A stretch of DNA of 64,000 bases. Source: the human T2T-CHM13v2.0 reference genome, Homo sapiens. The stretch lies in NCBI RefSeq assembly GCF_009914755.1, contig NC_060941.1. The stretch is one strand, 5' to 3'. Every line of letters starts with the position of its first letter. The first letter of the stretch is position 1. The position numbers were made by a program, and so were the translations under genes. The notes below the pieces were generated by a model that saw nothing but the letters and a program-made list of their open reading frames with translations, was not told the origin of the DNA and made no database searches. Below, in pieces: positions 17,340-34,841 of this stretch.

Positions 17340-17486
17340 AGCTGGCACAGTGGTGCATGACTATAGTTGCTGGAGATGAGCTGGCGCAGTGGTGCATGAC
17401 TGTAGTCCTAGCTACTGGGGAGCCTTGAGCCCAGGAGTTCAAGGCCAGCCTGGGCAACACAGCGAGACTCTGCCTCTTAAAAATAA
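17340..17486 (+). mobile_element. FLAM/FAM Alu monomer with duplicated 5' end
   Basis: gctggcgcagtggtgcatgactgtagtcctagctact...ttgagcccaggagttcaaggccagcctgggcaaca. Confidence 0.7.
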
Positions 17487-17937
17487 GAAGCTCTCCAGCA
17501 CTGACCAAACTAAACACTCATCCATGGCTGTTTACTCTTACAGATGCTATGACATCTTTTGGCTAGAGTACACCCACCACCCATCGTAACTATACGGCAG
17601 TCATCGCCGACACAGAAAATGTTGAATGGGTTTCTAAAAATTACTTAATTATGCCTTGCCTTAAAAAATCATCTGCATCACCCATCTTCAAAATAACACT
17701 CAGAGTGACAGAAGCAGGTATTACAACAGCAACAATAAAGAACAAATCCAAGCATAAATCCATAAATTCCCTTCTTCCAGCTGTCAAACATGCACAGTCA
17801 CTTGCTCTGGGCCAAATTCTCCCAGCAAAAGTCTTAGTGCCACCCATGGAAACCTGCAAAAGCCTCCAAAACTCTAAGAATGAAAATGCCTCTGCTCAAC
17901 AGGATGGGAGCTGAGGCTGATCCGTTCAACTCCATGA

Positions 17938-18434
<497 letters not shown>

Positions 18435-19024
18435 TAAACCTGACCTGTGCAGCAGCTTCTCTGGTTCTCCCATACGGTCCCACCTTCAACAACTCTAAAA
18501 CCACATGGCCCAGGTAAGCCCACTCATCTCACCCTCTAAATCCTCCCCACCCTGCACTCCGATGAAAAAACATAACATCGCTGTCAGCATCACTTGAGAG
18601 ACGTCCCCAACCTCTGCTCTCATCTCCTTTTCAACCCCAGGTCCAAACTCTTCTGTCCACATTTCCTTCCATCCCTCTGCATCACTGAGTACCAACCTTT
18701 TTTCTGCCCTTACACATGAGAAGCACACAATCCACAAGCTATTCAAGGAGCAGGAGCAGAAGAGAAGTGTCTCTCAAGGGAGGGTGTGTTGGAATTTGGG
18801 ATGCTTGCAATGCAAACGCATCCCAGCTGATTCAGGTAAGCCCCCTTCTTGAGAATCACTGCCCTTTATCTTTCCAGTCAAATTTAGGATCCAGCTGGAT
18901 TTCCTTCATTTCTTTTCCTTGTGAGCCTCCCTGCCTCACACACAAACTGGAAAACCACCAAAGAACAATCGGGAAATTGAATAGGGTTGCCTGTCTAAAA
19001 TGAAAAAAGCACCCAAAGCAAAAT

Positions 19025-19339
19025 TCTTTTTGTTTTTTGTTTTTGTTTTTGTTTTTGTTTCGAGACAGAGTCTCGTTCTGTCACCCAGGCTGGAGTACAG
19101 CAGCGTGACCTGCAACCTCCATCTCCGCCTCCCAGGTACAAGAGATTCTTGTGCCTCAGCTTCCCAAGGAGCTGGGATTACAGGCATGAGCCACCACGCC
19201 CAGCTAATTTTTGTATTTTTAGTACAGACAGGGTTTCACCATGTTGGCTAGGCTGGCCTCGAACTCCTGGCCTCAAGTGATTGCCCACCTCAGCCTCCCA
19301 AAGTGCTGGGATTACAGGTGTGAGCCACCGCACCCGGCC
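19025..19339 (-). mobile_element. AluS
   Basis: Dimeric Alu. Confidence 0.9.
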
Positions 19340-19360
19340 AAAAAGTTATTTAAAGGGCGA

Positions 19361-20116
19361 GTGGGGTAGAAAAGACGACTGTATCCTAATGCCTAAAACC
19401 TGTGAATATTTCACCTTACAAGTAAAAAGGACTCTGCACATGGGATTAAATTAAGGACCTGGAGATGGGGAGATGATACTGGCTTATTTGAGTGGGACCA
19501 ATGTAACCACAGGGTCCTTACGAAGGAGTGAGAAGGGTCAGAGTCGTGAGGTCAGGAGTTTGAGACCAGCCTGACCAACATGGTGAAATCCTGTCTCTAC
19601 TAAAAATACAAAAATTAGCCGGGCATCGTGGCAGGCACCTGTAATCCCAGCTACTCAGGAGGCTGAGACCAGAGAATCACTTGAACCCAGGAGGCGGAGG
19701 TTGCAGCGAGCCAAGATCGCACTACTGCACTCCAGCCTGGGTGACAGAGCGACACTCCATCTCAAAAAAAAAAAAAAAAAAAAAAAAAGAAGGGTCAGAA
19801 TCAGAGAGAAAATATGATAACAAAAGCAGAGGCTATAGTCAGAAAGAGATTGAAAGATGCCATGCTGCTGGCTTGAGGATGAAGAAAAGGCCATCTGCTA
19901 GGGAAGGGAGGTGGCCCCAAGATGCTGAGAAGGCAGGGAAGCAACTTCTCCTCCAAATCCTCCAAGAGGAACCCAGCCCTGCTGCCACCTTGACTTTGTC
20001 CCAGTTAAAATCACTGTGGACTTCAGACCTCCAGTACTGTAAGATAATAAATTTGCACTGTTTTAAGCCACTACATTCATGGTAGTTTGTTACAACAGCA
20101 ATAGAAAATTAATACA
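19361..20116 (+). mobile_element. MLT1C/D MaLR LTR split by Alu
   Basis: aacctgtgaatat...ggagatggggagatgat...gtttgttacaacagcaatagaaaattaataca. Confidence 0.8.
19546..19790 (+). mobile_element. 5'-truncated AluS
   Basis: Starts at gtgaggtcaggag; TSD agaagggtcaga. Confidence 0.88.
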
Positions 20117-20129
20117 GGCACATGTTACT

Positions 20130-21195
20130 TTTCTTAAACTTTATTTTTTAGAGCACTTTTAGATTGATAGCAAAATTGAGTGGAAAGTACCAAGAATTCT
20201 GACATAGGCCTACCTGTCCCCACATACCCAAAACTTTCCCCACTATCAACATCACACCACAGTGGTACAATTGATACAGCTGATGAACCCACACTGATAT
20301 GGCATTAACACCGAAGGGCCATCGTTTTTTTGTTTTGTTTTTTGTTTTTTTTTCTTTGCTTGTTTTGAGACAGGGTCTCACTCTGTCACCCAGGCTGGAG
20401 TGCAGTAGCGTAATCTCAGCTCACTGCAACCGCTGCCTCCCATGTTCAAGTAATTCTCTTGCCTCAGCCTCCTGAGCAGCTGGGATTACAGGTGCCCACC
20501 ATGCCGCCCAGCTCATTTTTGTACTTTTAGTAGAGATGGGTTTTCACCATATTGGTCAGGCTGGTCTCGAACTCCCGACCTTAGGTGACCCACCTGCCTC
20601 GGCCTCCCAAAGTGCTAGGATTACAGGCATGAGCCACCACGACCAGCTGGTCCATAGTTTCCATTAGGGTCCACTCTTGGTGCTATACATTCCATGGATT
20701 TTGACACATATATAATATCATGTATCCATCATTACTGTATCATATACTTTCACTGCCCTAAAAAGTCCCTGTGCTCCACCTATTTATTCATCCCTCCTTC
20801 CCCGCTATTCCCTGGAAATCCCTTTTCACTGTCTCTATAGTTTTGCCTTTTCCAGAATGTCCTATAGTTGAAATCACACAGCATGGAACCTTTCCAGATT
20901 GGCTTCTTTCACTTGGTAACATGCATTTAAGATTCCTCCATGTCTTCTCATGACTTGATAAAGCATTTCCTTTTAGCACTGGATAATATTCTATTGTCTG
21001 GATGTACCACAGTTTATCTGTTCACCTATTGAAGGACTTTTTGGTTGCTTCTGAGTTTTGTCGATTATGAATAAAGTGGCTATAAACACCCGTGTGCAGG
21101 TATTGGTGTGGACTGGAAGTTTTCCATTCATTTCGGTAAATAAGGGCCAAGGAGTGGAATTGTTGGATCCTATGATAAGCATCACTTTTTAAATA
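20130..21195 (-). mobile_element. L1MC-type 3' end split by Alu
   Basis: ttagagcacttttagatt...gcaaaattgagtggaaagtac; ttttccagaatgtc...gattggcttctttcactt. Confidence 0.8.
20324..20652 (-). mobile_element. AluS
   Basis: Dimeric Alu. Confidence 0.9.
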
Positions 21196-21840
21196 ATCCC
21201 CCAGCACAGGTGGGGAGGTGAAACTCTCAACATCAGCAATGCTCCTTTATATGTTAGGCATTTTTAAATCTGGGTGTAGTGACATATGAACTAGCTGGTG
21301 CAGGAATAGAAAGCAGGGTATCTGATTACCTCTCAACTATCCCTAAGAAGCAGGGCCTGGAACGGGCAGGCCACAGAGGAGAAGGTGCTGAGTACCAGGC
21401 CCAAGACTTCAGGGAATACTTTTGCCAGCCAGTCCCTTCATAGCCCCGGATGGTAGAGAACAAAAGTCCTTCTGCAGCTGTGACCCCGCCTGTAAAGGCA
21501 AACAAGTGGGCTAACAGGGCCATCGCTGAAGACACCAGGTATAACCGTAAGGAGCTGATGGTTGGCATCTTCCTTTTCCTCACCTTTGTCTATAAAAGGA
21601 ATCCATAATCAGCTTCAACACACATGGCAGGGGCCTCGCTGTACCCCCAAAGTCTTTTTTGCCTCTTTATTCCTGAAATGAAAATGAAAAGCCCACCCAA
21701 TCGAATGAAGCCAGGGGGAAGGTTTGGGTGGGGCCCATCCTCCAAGTTAAATGTTGCTAAGACCAAAGCAGCCCAATTTCTTTTGCTAAATAATGAAAGA
21801 AGCTCAAGGATGAGTATTTCAATAGCAAAAGAAAACTCGT

Positions 21841-22152
21841 GGCAGGGCACAGGGGCTTACGCCCATAATCCAAGCACTTTGGGAGGCCGAGGCAGGCGGA
21901 TCACCTGAGGTTAGGAGTTCATGACCAGCCTGGCCAACATGGCGAAACCCCGTCTCTACTAAAAAACACAAAAATTAGCCAGACATGGTGGCACACACCT
22001 GTAATCCCAGCTACTCGGGAGGCTGAGACATGAGAATCACTTCAACCCGGGAGGCGGAGGTGGCAGTGAACTGAGATCACACCATGGTACTCCAGCCTGA
22101 GTGACAGAACAAGAAACTGTCTCAAAAACAAACAAACAAACCAACAAAAACA
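21841..22152 (+). mobile_element. AluS
   Basis: Dimeric Alu. Confidence 0.9.
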
Positions 22153-22316
22153 ACTCTTGCAAAAGGGCTAAGGAGGAAATGAAAAAACAAAAGAGAATGG
22201 ATTGAAAGTCTAACTTCAGTCTTTGGCTGGTTTGGTAGGTCTACCACAGGGCTCAGAAGTCTCAATGCTGAACAAAGTGATTCCCAGGCAAGGTGATATT
22301 TAAGAAGCTGAGTATA

Positions 22317-22735
<419 letters not shown>

Positions 22736-22914
22736 CTACCCAACCGTTAGGGACCCCATTTGTACTACTGCCCCTGGTTGTTGCTGAACTCTTCTGCTCC
22801 CTCACCTTGGCCTAAGCAGCTCAATCTGTGACAACACCAAAACGCCAAGACCCATCTCCCATGCCCCTTCTTCCGAACACCCTCAACTCTTTGCCCAAGT
22901 CCATATTTATTATG

Positions 22915-23070
22915 GGAAAATGCAGGACTTAGAATCAAGTCCGAGTTTGAATCTTGGCTCAGCTACTTACTGGTTAGGTAGCCCCAGTCAAATAACCTAA
23001 GCTCTCTTCTGCAGCTCAGTTTTGTCACCTGAAAATGGTACATTTCACAGGATTGTCCTAAGAATCCTGA
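22915..23070 (+). mobile_element. MIR
   Basis: gagtttgaatcttggctcagctacttactgg...ctcagttttgtcacctgaaaatgg. Confidence 0.65.
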
Positions 23071-23659
23071 GAGTCAATGCAAATACCACCCCAACCCGAT
23101 TCCCAGCAGGAAATATGCAACGGGTCAGTGCTGTTTTGGATTCATCCCTCTCCCCGTATGCCTTCTGCAGACATCCTCTCTTCCTCCTCCCATCTTGCGC
23201 TATACCCCACTTCTAAGGCGGCTCTTTTCCATAACACTAGATTCATCACTCGTGTCCATGTCCCCCAGAACGTCGCACATGCCCAGGAGAGTGCTGTGCC
23301 TTAAGCATCTCTGTACCTGGCACCCCCATCAGAGTAGTCCTGGACAGAGCGACTATTCAACATTTGTTGCCTAATCGCATTCTCTGTCATCCTTGCTAAT
23401 GAAGGGGAGGAACGAGGGTGGAGAAATGAGAACGCATGATCAGGAAGTGATTCAACACCCATTTTTTGGTCTAATGCCTAATTTTTACAGTAATTTTTAG
23501 CTTCCAAATTAAGTATTATACAGACTCATACTCAAATGCCTTCTGTCCTTTCACAAACATGGGGTGAGTAATTGTTTAAAATAATTGAGATTTTCATGGG
23601 TGTGGAAAAGGGCCAACGCAGAATTTTCGAAGCTTCACAGATAATCTACTGAAGTCTAC

Positions 23660-23800
23660 TGATAGAATCACAGACTCACTTAGAGTCAAAGGGGACTTTA
23701 GGAGACCATTTAATCTAAAAACCTCACTTAACAGAAGAAAAGGCTGACACCAAAGAGATTCAGTGGCTTTCCCAAAGCCCCAGAGCAAGCTGGTCTGTCC
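23660..23800 (-). mobile_element. MIR3-like
   Basis: tagaatcacagact...gggactttaggagaccattta. Confidence 0.5.
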
Positions 23801-24329
23801 CAAGTTGACTGTGCTACCCTCTACCCCTACTTGACAACTCAGAATCTTGTAAGAAATTCTGCGGGCTACAGAGTAAAGGCCAGGTTTAAGTTACCGCCTC
23901 CCCCATTATCAGGGAAGGAATCCCAAAGCTGAAGTCCGAGATGAATCAGTGTCAGCAATAACTGAATGCAATCGATCCCATAGCATTCCCCGATATTCTG
24001 ATAGAAACTACTCCAAGAAAACCCAGCACTAGAAAATTTGTGGCCACTAATGAACAGGGCTAATAATCCTGTTAAATACTTGCTTCACAAAGATAAATCA
24101 AACCTCACAAACTTAAACCCATTAATATCCCATGACTTCCTTAGAAGTAGGTAGAGAAACAAGCAATTTTGTAAGTCACACTAGAATCCCCTCCCAGCAG
24201 CACAGCTAAAGTTGGGGATTTCAAAACAAAACATACACATGTTATACTTTTGGTCTAAGTCTCTGAATAAAAGGTACGCCTCCCTCTGCTGTAAATTACA
24301 CTTTAAAATAGGAACAGTTTAAAAGCAGT

Positions 24330-24590
24330 TTGTATCCTGATTGGTATCTGAGAACAGAAGAAGGACATTGGTGGGGAAACTGGTGACATCCAAATAAAGT
24401 CTGGAGTTTAGGGAATAGTAACAAACAAATGTTAATTCTTAGCTTTGACAAATGTGTCATGATTATTTATGTAAGATGTTCACATTGGGGGAAACTGGAT
24501 GAAGGGCACTATTCAGAAATTCCCTGTATTATTTTTGCAACATTTCTTAAAATCTAAAATACTTCCAAATAAAGAGCTTATTAAAAGTTA
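24330..24590 (+). mobile_element. Old L1 (L1MC/ME) 3' end
   Basis: ggggaaactggtgacatccaaataaagtctg...aatgttaattcttagctttgacaaatgt...aaataaa. Confidence 0.7.
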
Positions 24591-24947
<357 letters not shown>

Positions 24948-26426
24948 TTACTCAGTATATCCAATCAGAGAATAATTCCCCTCTAAATCTAATTTTCAAA
25001 GGTTTACTACACTAATGTGAAATTCCTAGTCCACTTTGGAATATCACAGAATGTACGTTGTAGGGCTTCTAATTAAACATGGCCAATGGAACACAAGCTT
25101 CCAAATTCTCACTGGAGTAAAGGTACAGGGATATGAAGGATCCAAAGGCCAAAGTCAGAAGGAAAGGAAGAGGACATGGCAGCCACATTTTGGAAGCTTG
25201 AAGAGAGAAGCAGGTAATCGCTGATGGATGCTCAAGAAGGCTGCCACCTGGGGCTGAAGGAAGAGACTAGAAGGAAGGTGCTTCATCCCACAAAGCCCCA
25301 GAATAGCCAGGGAGCCTTTGACAATGAGTGTGCAGATGGGCCTAAAAGAGACCTGATGAAAGCCTGGGTAAGAAGCAAGTAAACTCCAGATTCCTCCTGT
25401 ACCCCAGGCAGCCAGGCAACTGTCCCACCAGACATTGCAGGACCCCCAGCCCAGCTAAGGGTGGGGATACCAGGCTGAAAACAGGAGAAAAAGTGATAGT
25501 TTATGTGCTGGAATGGGGGCACCCAGCATCTTCCCACATCTTCACCCTGATTTCACAATGAAAATCCAATGCGAGTAAAGAATCCTATGTACAAAAACTC
25601 AATTTTCAGAAATGTTTCTGCATGATAACCTTAACACCCACCTGGACTGTGCATTTGTGGAAGGCTTGTAAATCACAGCCTTAACAGCAGAAGGCTGAAA
25701 GGGACTGGAGAAAACATTTAAAATCACCAGATATTTACAAGCTCTTCTTCATAGTCCCTGAGAACAAAATCCCTGTTTCCCTCCTGTAGTTCTCAAAACC
25801 TAGAAAGGCTCATAATCCGATCTCTTTTCTCAAAATATCATGCAAAATGTCCCAGGGATCTGTACTTTATAATGCTATTAATTTCCCTCTGGTGTCAGAG
25901 GTACCAGCATAGAATGATTTAAAAAAAAAATCAACTTAACACCTACCCCACATTAGGCAAACCTTTCCATTTCTGTGTAAGTGTTCATTTTGAAGGAATT
26001 TCAGCTCTGGCAATAGAAATGAATTTGTGAAGAGTTAAGGGATACATCAGAATATTCTGGCACGATGGGTACAGTTGAGCATTTCCTTTATTATAGTAGT
26101 GACAGTTTCAATACCAAAACAAAATCCAAGCCACAAAACAAAATTTTTCTCGTAACAAATAGGGGAAAGAAAATTATTGCACATAGCTCACTTACAATGC
26201 ACTGAATGTGTCAACTCTTCACACCTCTAAAAAGGTACACAGAGGTAGGACAGGAAGACACAGTTCAAAAGAACAGCACCCAACTCAGTGCCTACTATGG
26301 AGCAGATCCTCCCTCATGTTTATTGAACCAAAGGAACATAGACTCTAACCTCAAGGAGGTTACTGTGTACTTAAGGAGGACACACAAACTTGCAATCCAT
26401 GTAGGTCAAAGCAATAATCAGAAAGA

Positions 26427-26740
<314 letters not shown>

Positions 26741-27269
26741 TACCCAGAAAGTACAGAAGCCAAGAGTTGTCTCCAAGTTGTTCTCCAAATCAGATATAAA
26801 ATTAACAGTTAAAAGTCAATCAGCAATTCCTAAGCAGAGACTGTTACACGGCCAACACTCTGCCAGACCCCAGGGGGTTGCAAGAGAGGAAGAAAGAGCT
26901 AGTGTGGATCTGGGCGCTGCCTCCAGGAGCTGGCTCTGGACTATAATAAGAGAGGCTACAGAAGACATATGATAGGATAAATTAAGAAAGTCTGCAGTCA
27001 TGCCAAGAAAGGGGATACCAATATTGTTTCAAAATTTAAAAAGCAGAACATCAAAGAACAGGGAGGGGCTCTGGAAGGCTGGACACAATTTGGAAAGGAA
27101 ATGAGGTTAGGAACTTTCCAGCTGGGAAGCGCAGAGTGGGCAGAGTCTGGAGGCAAGTACACAGAGGCTTATGTTGTGGAGTCCACAAGGCGAAAGAAGG
27201 CAGGGAGGAGTTTACAACCAGACATTTGGGTATAATGATGAAACCAGGCAGAATGGTTTGGACTTCACA

Positions 27270-27435
27270 CAATGGGTGGCTTGTTTCCAACTCTGGTTGT
27301 ACTATAAAATCAACCTGGAGTTTTCAAGCTACAGATGTCAGCTCCCCTCCACAACCTACAGAAACAGATTTGCCAGGGCAGGGGTATGGACACTGTGTTT
27401 TAAAGCCTCACACGTGATGCTGCAGCAGCTTAGCC
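27270..27435. mobile_element. MER5A-like fragment
   Basis: tttccaactctggttgtactataaaatcaacctggag...ctgtgttttaaagc. Confidence 0.45.
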
Positions 27436-28074
27436 AGCATGGAGCAGGTCAGCATTAAGTACCCACTGTCTTCGGCAGGGTAACGGAGGCATTTTGGAAG
27501 GGTAACTTGGCATCAGCAAGCAGAATTGATTTAAGTGGGGAGATGGGACACCAACATCCAGCTGTTGGGCTCTGGACATAATCCAGATGTGACACAGGGC
27601 AGGAGACCAGAGAGCAGACAGAGAAACTTGGAAGAAGGAAGGAATCTGCAGGTAACCCTCCAGAATGAGGCTGCCCATGTCTGTTCAATATCAAGTCAGT
27701 CAATCAGAAACCCATGATGAGCGGCCACATGAATTTTGCATTGAGTCAGCCTTAAATTTGGCATGTCAGTTATTAATCATGACTCAGTATGAATCAAATC
27801 CATATGGGAGCTATATCTGTACTTAATTTGCTTTTATCAAGAAGCCTTCATAATATACCAGCTTTAAATAATTTTACAGAATTAAACCCAACGGCTCAAA
27901 ATTATAATCAATTACATTCAGCTTCAATTACAGTTATTAATTAACGTAGATGGGCTTGAATGACCTGACTCTTCTTAGCTACGCCTACCCAGTGATAATG
28001 ATGGGCAGGAGCTTGGCTTACAATCTCCAAACTAGGAAAAAGTACTTTTGCTTAAATAAGAAAAAAAAAAAATC

Positions 28075-28920
<846 letters not shown>

Positions 28921-29290
28921 TAAGTCTCAAAAAGGCTACCTGCTCCCCCAATTCTGATGAGCCACATTTGCTACACAGACAGCATGTTGGGTATCCAGGT
29001 TCTGGGGTCTATCCTAAAATGGCCTCTCTGGGGTAGCCTTGGGTACAGTCACTAAGTACCTGACAAGGCCCAGGCCCATTCTCAAACTCTAAGTACCAGC
29101 AGTGTTAAACCAGCATGGAAGTCATACCCAAAGGGACCTCCCAGCATCCATTCTCAGTGACTGTAGGTCCCCCAGGTGAAGTCCTAGACAGTAATAAGTT
29201 CCATACAGCAAGGCAACCATCCAAGACATACCTGGGTTTCAAATTTATTGACCAGTCACCTAATTCTACCTCCAGTGCCATGAAAACAGA

Positions 29291-29323
<33 letters not shown>

Positions 29324-30374
29324 CTCCATGCCCAGTCCTGCTCCAAAACTAAGCTCCTGTATTTCTTTTTTTTCCAAGTGCAACTCAGCTCAGCCAACAT
29401 TTACTAAGCAACTACCATGAGTGAGATGCCCAGCTGGACTGGAGCTCCCATTGGCAATGATCTCAGCTACACCTAATGTAAGACTGCTGTGCTCCAGTCT
29501 AATAACGCTTAGGCTTTTTTGTTTGAGTTCAATGTTCCTCTTCTACAAACCCATTACTCTGAATAATAGAAATGGCAAGTATACTCATTACTTTGGTCCT
29601 TTCAAGGCAGATCCAGACCAGCCAGATGAGAAAGACTCCCAGAAACCTTCAGTTTGCCAAAATTGTTAACTCCATGCAGACTTAAAAAACAACAGCAACA
29701 ACAAAAAAACACAGAGTGATGTGGGGCATCCTTATTAAACCTTTTCACCAGCTGGTCATCAAGAGAGTGAGAACATGTTGCCCCAAGCTGCCTCCCGTGG
29801 CACTCAGCCACCAACCCATCAGCACTCTCTCAGCTCAGGTCTGTTGATGGGCATCGCACCAGCTGCTCAAGCCTCCCCAACCCCAGCATCACCACTCACT
29901 CACACTGATCCAATCTGTTCCAGATCTAGCTGCTAAGAAAGCAGCCCCTCCTATGTTTGAAGGAGAAGAGAAGACTCGGCAGTCTGGCTCCACTGATACA
30001 AAACGCAAAGATCTATAAGAGAGGAGTTTCTCCCCCTTCACTCATCTCCCTCAAGATGGAGATGACAAACCACCCACCTGCTAGCTTCATGCCTCTTTTC
30101 TTGGCTCAAACGAGCCATGAGGCTTGGAGGCAGATCTTCAAGGTCAAGGGAAAAGAAAGATGCTCCTCCTTGTTCTAAATAGTATTACATTTCATTCCAC
30201 CACTCGTGAAAATACAGGTTCTGAAAGTGTATTCTGTCCTAATTCACCAGAGGGATGCAGCAGTCTCCCATGCGTATGGTGGCCATGATTCCTGGGAGAT
30301 GGAAGGCAGGAGGTAAGGAGTGATGGGGCAGAATCCCAAAGGAGAACTGGATGTCCTACGAAAAAGCCCCCTCC

Positions 30375-30484
30375 TAGGACTGCCCGATATAGCAAATAAA
30401 AATACAGGATGAACAGTTACATGATAATTTCAGATAAAGAATAAATACTTGTTTTAGTATAAGCATGTCCCTAATACTACATGT
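30375..30484 (+). mobile_element. MER53 half element
   Basis: gcaaataaaaatacaggatg...ttcagataaa...ttttagtataagcatgtccc. Confidence 0.7.
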
Positions 30485-30501
30485 TTTTCCTGGCTATACT
30501 A

Positions 30502-31232
<731 letters not shown>

Positions 31233-31249
31233 AAGAAGAACCACCTTCT

Positions 31250-31372
31250 GTCAGTCAGACTACCTGGATTCAAATCCAAGCTCCACCATTCACCAGCTGG
31301 GGGATGTTGGGTAAGAGATTAACCTCTCTGGAGCTACTATTTATTCCTATGTAAAATGGAAATAATAATAGA
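31250..31372 (+). mobile_element. MIR
   Basis: agtcagactacctggattcaaatcc...tgtaaaatggaaataataatag. Confidence 0.7.
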
Positions 31373-31419
31373 AATAGTAACACTCGTAAATAAAATAACA
31401 TTTACATACAGAGAAACTT

Positions 31420-31565
31420 TCTTAATCCTCCTAACACTAAGAGTTAGGTATTACTGTTATTCCTATTTCTCATATGGGGAAACAGAGGCTGGAGAGGTTA
31501 AATAATTGAACAAGGTCACAGAATTAGTAAGCAGCAGAGCCAAGATTCAGGCCCAGCCAGTGTGG
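31420..31565 (-). mobile_element. MIR
   Basis: ggggaaacagaggctggagaggttaaataatt...aaggtcacagaattagtaag. Confidence 0.7.
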
Positions 31566-31595
31566 CACTTAAAAAAATAAAAATAAAAATAAATA

Positions 31596-31912
<317 letters not shown>

Positions 31913-31949
31913 TCATGTATAGTTACCCTGTGCCAACCTTTACATTTAG

Positions 31950-32528
31950 ATTCTTTTAATTTCAGCTTTTAGTTTGGATATGAGGGTACAGGTACAGCTT
32001 TGTTACATGGGTATACTGCACCCAGGTAGTGACCACAGCACCCAATAGTACTTTTCCAAACCACATCCCCCTCCTTCTCTCCCCTCCTTAGAGTCTTCAG
32101 TGCTTCTTTTTCCCATCTTTATGTCCATGTGTGCTCAATGCTTAGCTCCCATTTATAAGTGAGAACAGGCGGTATTTGGTTTTCTGTTTCTGTGTTAATT
32201 CGCTTAGGATAATGGCCTCCAGCTCCATCCATGTTGCTAGAAAGTACATGATCCCATTCTTTTTTATGACTGCATAGTATTCCATGGTGCACATGTACCA
32301 CATTTTCTCCACCCAGTCCACCACGGATGGGCACCTAGGTTGACTGCATGTCTTTGCTGTTGTGAATAACGCTGTGATGAACACATGAGTGCCTGTGTCT
32401 TTTTAATATAATCATCTATTTTCATTTGGGTGTATACCCAGTAATGGGATTGCTGGGTCAAACGGTAGCTCTGTTTTAAGCTCTTTGAGAAATTGCCAAA
32501 CTGCTTTCCACAGTGGCTGAACTAATTC
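31950..32528 (-). mobile_element. L1PA/PB 3' end
   Basis: tttgttacatgggtata...ttagctcccatttataagtgagaaca...cccagtaatgggattgctgggtcaaa; the ORF track gives the ORF2 C-terminal MFITALFTTAK motif. Confidence 0.9.
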
Positions 32529-33693
32529 TAGCCCTGCTTGTGACTATAACACCATCCTACCTCCTGAGGTGGAGCTTATCTCCTAGGGTGGTGGTAAGGA
32601 TTAAATGAGATTATGTGTGCCAAATTCTCAGCACAAAAACTGGCCTACAAGCGGATACTACGTATGTTTATTATGTCTCTATTCTTACTATTATTGCAGC
32701 CAATGACTTGAGAAAAGGGGTTGAATCAAACCCCTATGATCTAAATGCTAGAGTTCCTGGGGAATTTAAGCCCAATTTACCCATCCTGAACATGGTAGAT
32801 ACAGGTGTCTGTGAATAGATAATAACGCAGATGTGCTGCGTGACCAGATGGATACACACACACAACAAATGACAAAGGGGTGTCATTCCCAGCAGCCCAG
32901 GGGTCCCTCGGCGATGCTGTAAGTTTCAGTCCAATTCAATGCTATGTATAAGTGAGCTGCTATTTGTACACAGGTCTGTAGACAAAGAACTGTGCCACCC
33001 AACTGCGAGAGTGAGTCGGCAAGTAGCTGGGATTCCAGACAGCCAGGAGCTCAAAGTTTCAAGCAGGGCAGGATCTGGCAGAGGATATATCATAAGGCCA
33101 AAGGCGCTACAGCACTCCAAGAGGGTCCAGAGAGGGACTGGGGGCAGGGGCTTCAACTACATGCATCCAGGCAAGGCTGCACAGAGCGCTATGCGAAAGG
33201 ATGCAGGAAAGGCTGAGAAGCAGGTTAGGGTTGGGACCAGGAGCAGCTGGGCGGACGCGCCTTCCAGGAGCAGCAGGGCAGGTTTAGGGAACAGAAGAGG
33301 TCAAGGCAGGGCACAGGTATATGTGAACATGTCCTGGGAGGAAGCCTGGAAAGGGGATGGAAATATGCCAAGGAGAGTCAAGAACCCTGTGCCAAGATGC
33401 TTACAGCTTATTCAGTAAGAACTAAGGAACCAAGGAAAACTTCGGGGTAGGGGCAGTTAAAGAATCTCAAATATGATTTAGGAAGATGATGCTGAGGGCA
33501 GCATTAATAAATTCTGCAATATTTTTCAAGTGCCTACTCTCTGCCGTGCACTAGGGATTGTAATGAACAAGACAGGCAAATTCCCCGCCTGAGAGGGGCT
33601 TCCACTCCAGTAAGAGCAGACTGGCCATAAACAAGAAAGCAAACAGACAAGAAACTCAAGAGAACGAGGAATGACATGAAGGAAATGAAATGA

Positions 33694-34000
<307 letters not shown>

Positions 34001-34317
34001 ATGTCCGGGGGTGGAGAGTAACAGTGTGGACTCCATTTGACTTGGGTAGTCAGGGAAGGCTTCTCTGAGGAGGTGACATTTGAGCTGAGCCCTGAATGGT
34101 GAGAAGGAGCCATATACAATTCTAAATAGAAGGCATATCAAATTCTTAAGGTCAGAACAAGTTTGGTCTGTTTGTGGCAAAAAAAAAAAAAAAAAAAAAG
34201 ACCTTGGCAGAAGCAGAATGACCAAAGCAGGAAGGGTTATCAGCGGGGAGGAGAGTGGGTCCTCATGGGCCATGAGGCAGTTAGGATCTTATAGGAGCAG
34301 GGAGCCATGTGAACTGA

Positions 34318-34633
<316 letters not shown>

Positions 34634-34841
34634 TAAAGCTCTCTTCTGGGGATGGGGGAGGTGAAAGGGAAGGGATGGAGTGGGCAAGAGCAGAGAGACC
34701 AGCAGAAAGGCCCCTTGAGGGGCATGGACCAGTGTCATCAGTGCAGGTGAGGAAAGATGATCCAATTCGGGATGTATTTTGGAGGGAGGGATTACAGGGC
34801 TTGTCAATGGAAAGAATAAGGCAAGATCCAGTAAAAGAGAA

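Noticed and set aside
30375-30484. MER53 as a miRNA-type hairpin
   Set aside because: Only one arm of the palindromic element is present.
32939-33418. 159-aa ORF on +
   Set aside because: No recognisable domain or splice structure; probably chance in G-rich intronic sequence.
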